Of a stretch of DNA of 57,004 bases, positions 56,499 through 57,004 are shown one piece after another; position 1 is the stretch's first letter; every line of letters begins with the position of its first letter. Origin of the DNA: Clostridia bacterium DTU068 (lineage in GTDB: Bacteria; Bacillota; DSM-12270; Thermacetogeniales; Thermacetogeniaceae). The translations under genes and the position numbers were made by a program. The notes beneath the pieces were generated by a model. It made no database searches. It saw only the letters and a list, made by a program, of their open reading frames with translations, and was not told the DNA's origin. The DNA lies in the NCBI GenBank assembly GCA_001513545.1, contig LFTQ01000162.1, positions 1-57,004 of the forward strand, written 5' to 3'.

Positions 56499-57004
56499 AT
56501 GAGTTATATAGAACTGAGTGAAGATATTGATCGCTTGTATGAGATGCATTTCTATGAGAGGAAGATTTGGGAACAGGAGTTTAAATTAGTAGCCGGGCTC
56601 GATGAGGCAGGTCGGGGCCCACTGGCAGGTCCTGTGGTTGCGGCTGCGGTGGTTTTGAGGAAAGAACTGCTTATCCCAGGTCTTAAGGACAGCAAGTGTG
56701 TGTCTGAACAGGAGCGTCCCTTGCTGGCGGAGAGAATCAAAACTTGCGCAGCAGGGTGGGGAATTGGGATTGCATCAGTTGGTTATATTGAGCGCTGTAA
56801 TATCCTGCAGGCTACATTTTACGCTATGGTTCAGGCTTTACGACGTGCGGGTTTAAGACCTGATCATGTTCTTGTTGATGGGCGAATGGAAGTACCGGAT
56901 TTAGGAATTCCTCAAACCACAATTGTTAAGGGTGATCAGAAAAGTGCTGCTGTTGCGGCTGCTTCAATTTTAGCTAAAACAACAAGGGATGCCATTATGA
57001 GATA
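56499..57004 (+). CDS. rnhB: Ribonuclease HII (3' end beyond the window)
   Basis: Not in the ORF track because it is open at the edge. ATG 56499 follows GAGGATGA. VAGLDEAGRGPLAGPVVAAAVVL is the RNase HII signature. Confidence 0.9.
   Translation, partial: MSYIELSEDIDRLYEMHFYERKIWEQEFKLVAGLDEAGRGPLAGPVVAAAVVLRKELLIPGLKDSKCVSEQERPLLAERIKTCAAGWGIGIASVGYIERCNILQATFYAMVQALRRAGLRPDHVLVDGRMEVPDLGIPQTTIVKGDQKSAAVAAASILAKTTRDAIMR

Noticed and set aside
1-57004. Window-wide search for CRISPR arrays, tRNA/rRNA genes, toxin-antitoxin pairs, restriction-modification, retron/DGR features or other defence islands.
   Set aside because: No regularly spaced repeats, recombinase, nuclease/methylase pairs or compositionally deviant block were seen. 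Every gap above about 150 nt is accounted for by promoters, terminators, the FMN riboswitch, the ribD-ribE repeat, the pseudogene or the candidate sRNA.

Overview
This 57 kb window is a core-genome segment from a spore-forming Firmicute, probably class Clostridia. That placement is inferred from gene content: alpha/beta SASPs, gpr, ylbJ, spoVS, a DapL-type lysine pathway and an RFN-controlled rib operon. About 65 genes are tightly packed, and all but four (rqcH, rpmB, gpr, ylbJ) are on the + strand. Gene order follows the Bacillus subtilis yloA...ylqF region: padR pair, rqcH, dapF-dapL, yicC-remA-gmk-rpoZ-coaBC-metK-priA-def-fmt-rsmB, an FHA/RodA/PBP/PASTA-kinase module, rsgA-rpe, FMN riboswitch plus ribD-E-BA-H, rpmB, asp23-DAK2-recG, two SASP genes, gpr, udg, rsmD-coaD, ylbJ, pta-ackA, yceD-rpmF-plsX-acpP-rnc-spoVS-smc-ftsY, an MTA/5'-deoxyadenosine salvage cluster, ylxM-ffh-rpsP-khpA-rimM-trmD-rplS-lepB-rbgA-rnhB. 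I found no CRISPR array, defence island, prophage, tRNA or rRNA. The only hint of a mobile element is a pair of direct repeats cut by the left edge. No strong candidate for a new multi-gene system is visible. The best leads are modest: (1) an orphan, highly structured, terminator-ended candidate sRNA between udg and rsmD; (2) a phosphothreonine-reader (FHA) domain fused to a SEDS RodA polymerase, in an actinobacterial-style fhaA/fhaB-rodA/pbpA/pknB module with no PP2C phosphatase; (3) a GGA-rich 40-nt tandem repeat with 7-nt sub-periodicity that splits ribD from ribE; (4) a DHAP-shunt-like salvage cluster with a deaminase, inserted into the ftsY | ylxM-ffh synteny. All product calls rest on recalled motifs and synteny; no database search was possible.
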